From assembly GCA_963850305.1 (NCBI GenBank), contig CAWKKR010000008.1, forward strand, positions 1,760,001-1,824,000: a stretch of DNA of 64,000 nucleotides. The letters are read 5' to 3'. The DNA is from an uncultured delta proteobacterium (GTDB lineage: Bacteria; Myxococcota_A; Polyangia; Polyangiales; Polyangiaceae). How positions within the stretch are numbered: position 1 is the first letter of the stretch; each line of letters starts with the position of its first letter. The position numbers and the translations under genes were made by a program. This document shows, one piece after another, positions 63,347-64,000 of this stretch. The notes beneath the pieces were generated by a model. That model had not been told where the DNA came from, searched no databases, and saw only the letters and a program-made list of their open reading frames with translations.

Positions 63347-63601
63347 GTGACCTCCACCCGCCGTTATGTGGATAGTGGCCCTGTGGCCACCGCCGCGCCG
63401 GAGATCGAAAAAGAGCCATCGGCGGAGCTCTGCTGTGATGCGTGCGGAGAAGCGATCGAGGGAACGCCCGCCGGGTCGGGCCTGTTCCTCTGGACCCGCG
63501 GAGACGAGGTGCGTTACGAGGAGCCGCCCCTGTGCGAGCGCTGCGCCTACGCGATCGCCGTGGGCGGCACGCTCCAGTGGGAGCTCGACGAAGAGGGTTG
63601 A
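63347..63601 (+). CDS. Small putative zinc-ribbon protein
   Basis: CDAC...CERC, acidic C-terminus; TATAGT and GAGG just upstream. Confidence 0.65.
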   Translation: MTSTRRYVDSGPVATAAPEIEKEPSAELCCDACGEAIEGTPAGSGLFLWTRGDEVRYEEPPLCERCAYAIAVGGTLQWELDEEG

Positions 63602-63619
63602 GCCCTGCCTCTCGTCCGG

Positions 63620-64000
63620 TCAGTGGAGCGTCTTCTTGCCGTCGTCCTTGATCGGCGGCCGGCGATCGAGGAGCTCCTGCGCCGCGCCGCGAAGCACGAT
63701 GGATGTCTCCGTGCTCTTCAGGACGTCGCGCAACTCTTCGCGCGTACAGAGACCGAGGAGCGGCATCGTGAGCTCGCAAGGCGAGCCCGGGTTCAACAGT
63801 AGCGCCATCCGGACGCGCGGACGAGCCAGCCACCGGTGCGAGCGGACGAGCTCGCGAAGCGCCGCGGGGCGCGCCGGTCTGAGCGTGGCGATGCGGATTG
63901 CGTCGTCCTCGACCATCTTCGGGTTCTCGAGCAGCTGTCGGATGACGAGTGGATGCGGATCGAGACAGAGTCTCTCGAACGCGCGTCGGTCGGGACGTCG
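63620..64000 (-). CDS. Hypothetical helical-repeat protein (5' end outside window)
   Basis: Open frame from the window edge: DPHPLVIRQLLENP..VRMALLLNPGSP. Confidence 0.65.
   Translation of the reverse strand, partial: RRPDRRAFERLCLDPHPLVIRQLLENPKMVEDDAIRIATLRPARPAALRELVRSHRWLARPRVRMALLLNPGSPCELTMPLLGLCTREELRDVLKSTETSIVLRGAAQELLDRRPPIKDDGKKTLH

Overview
GC-rich bacterial chromosomal segment, most likely Myxococcota (Polyangiales-like). That assignment is inferred from a large myxobacterial-type S41 protease, Myxococcus-type Cys-rich repeat proteins and several Gly/Cys-rich lipoproteins. The window is mostly housekeeping: nnr, mlaD/mlaF, fadD, rhlE, argD, secA, bcp, fabH, rseP, rsmB, dapB, lgt, thiC, hslO, glyS, hemL, rfbC, birA, nadC, etfB-etfA-ETF:QO. 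Secreted and envelope proteins are interspersed. At least 11 genes, including the normally essential secA and lgt, carry small indels, which points to unpolished long-read errors rather than pseudogenes. I saw no tRNA, rRNA, CRISPR array, transposase or phage gene. Best leads: (1) an uncharacterised operon-like trio (membrane-anchored HEAT solenoid, MopE/YfaP-like lipoprotein, J-domain-less tail-anchored DnaJ-like protein) divergent from a myxosortase-like CPBP protease; (2) a three-copy multi-hairpin REP-like element showing a compensatory base change; (3) a wHTH regulator abutting a Cys-rich domain at an A5 run; (4) a stand-alone GlnD-type ACT-ACT protein; (5) a nested TetR operator; (6) a sigma54-type promoter upstream of a Ser/Pro-rich membrane protein. 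All calls come from reading motifs by eye; no database searches were run, so none of these leads is shown to be novel.
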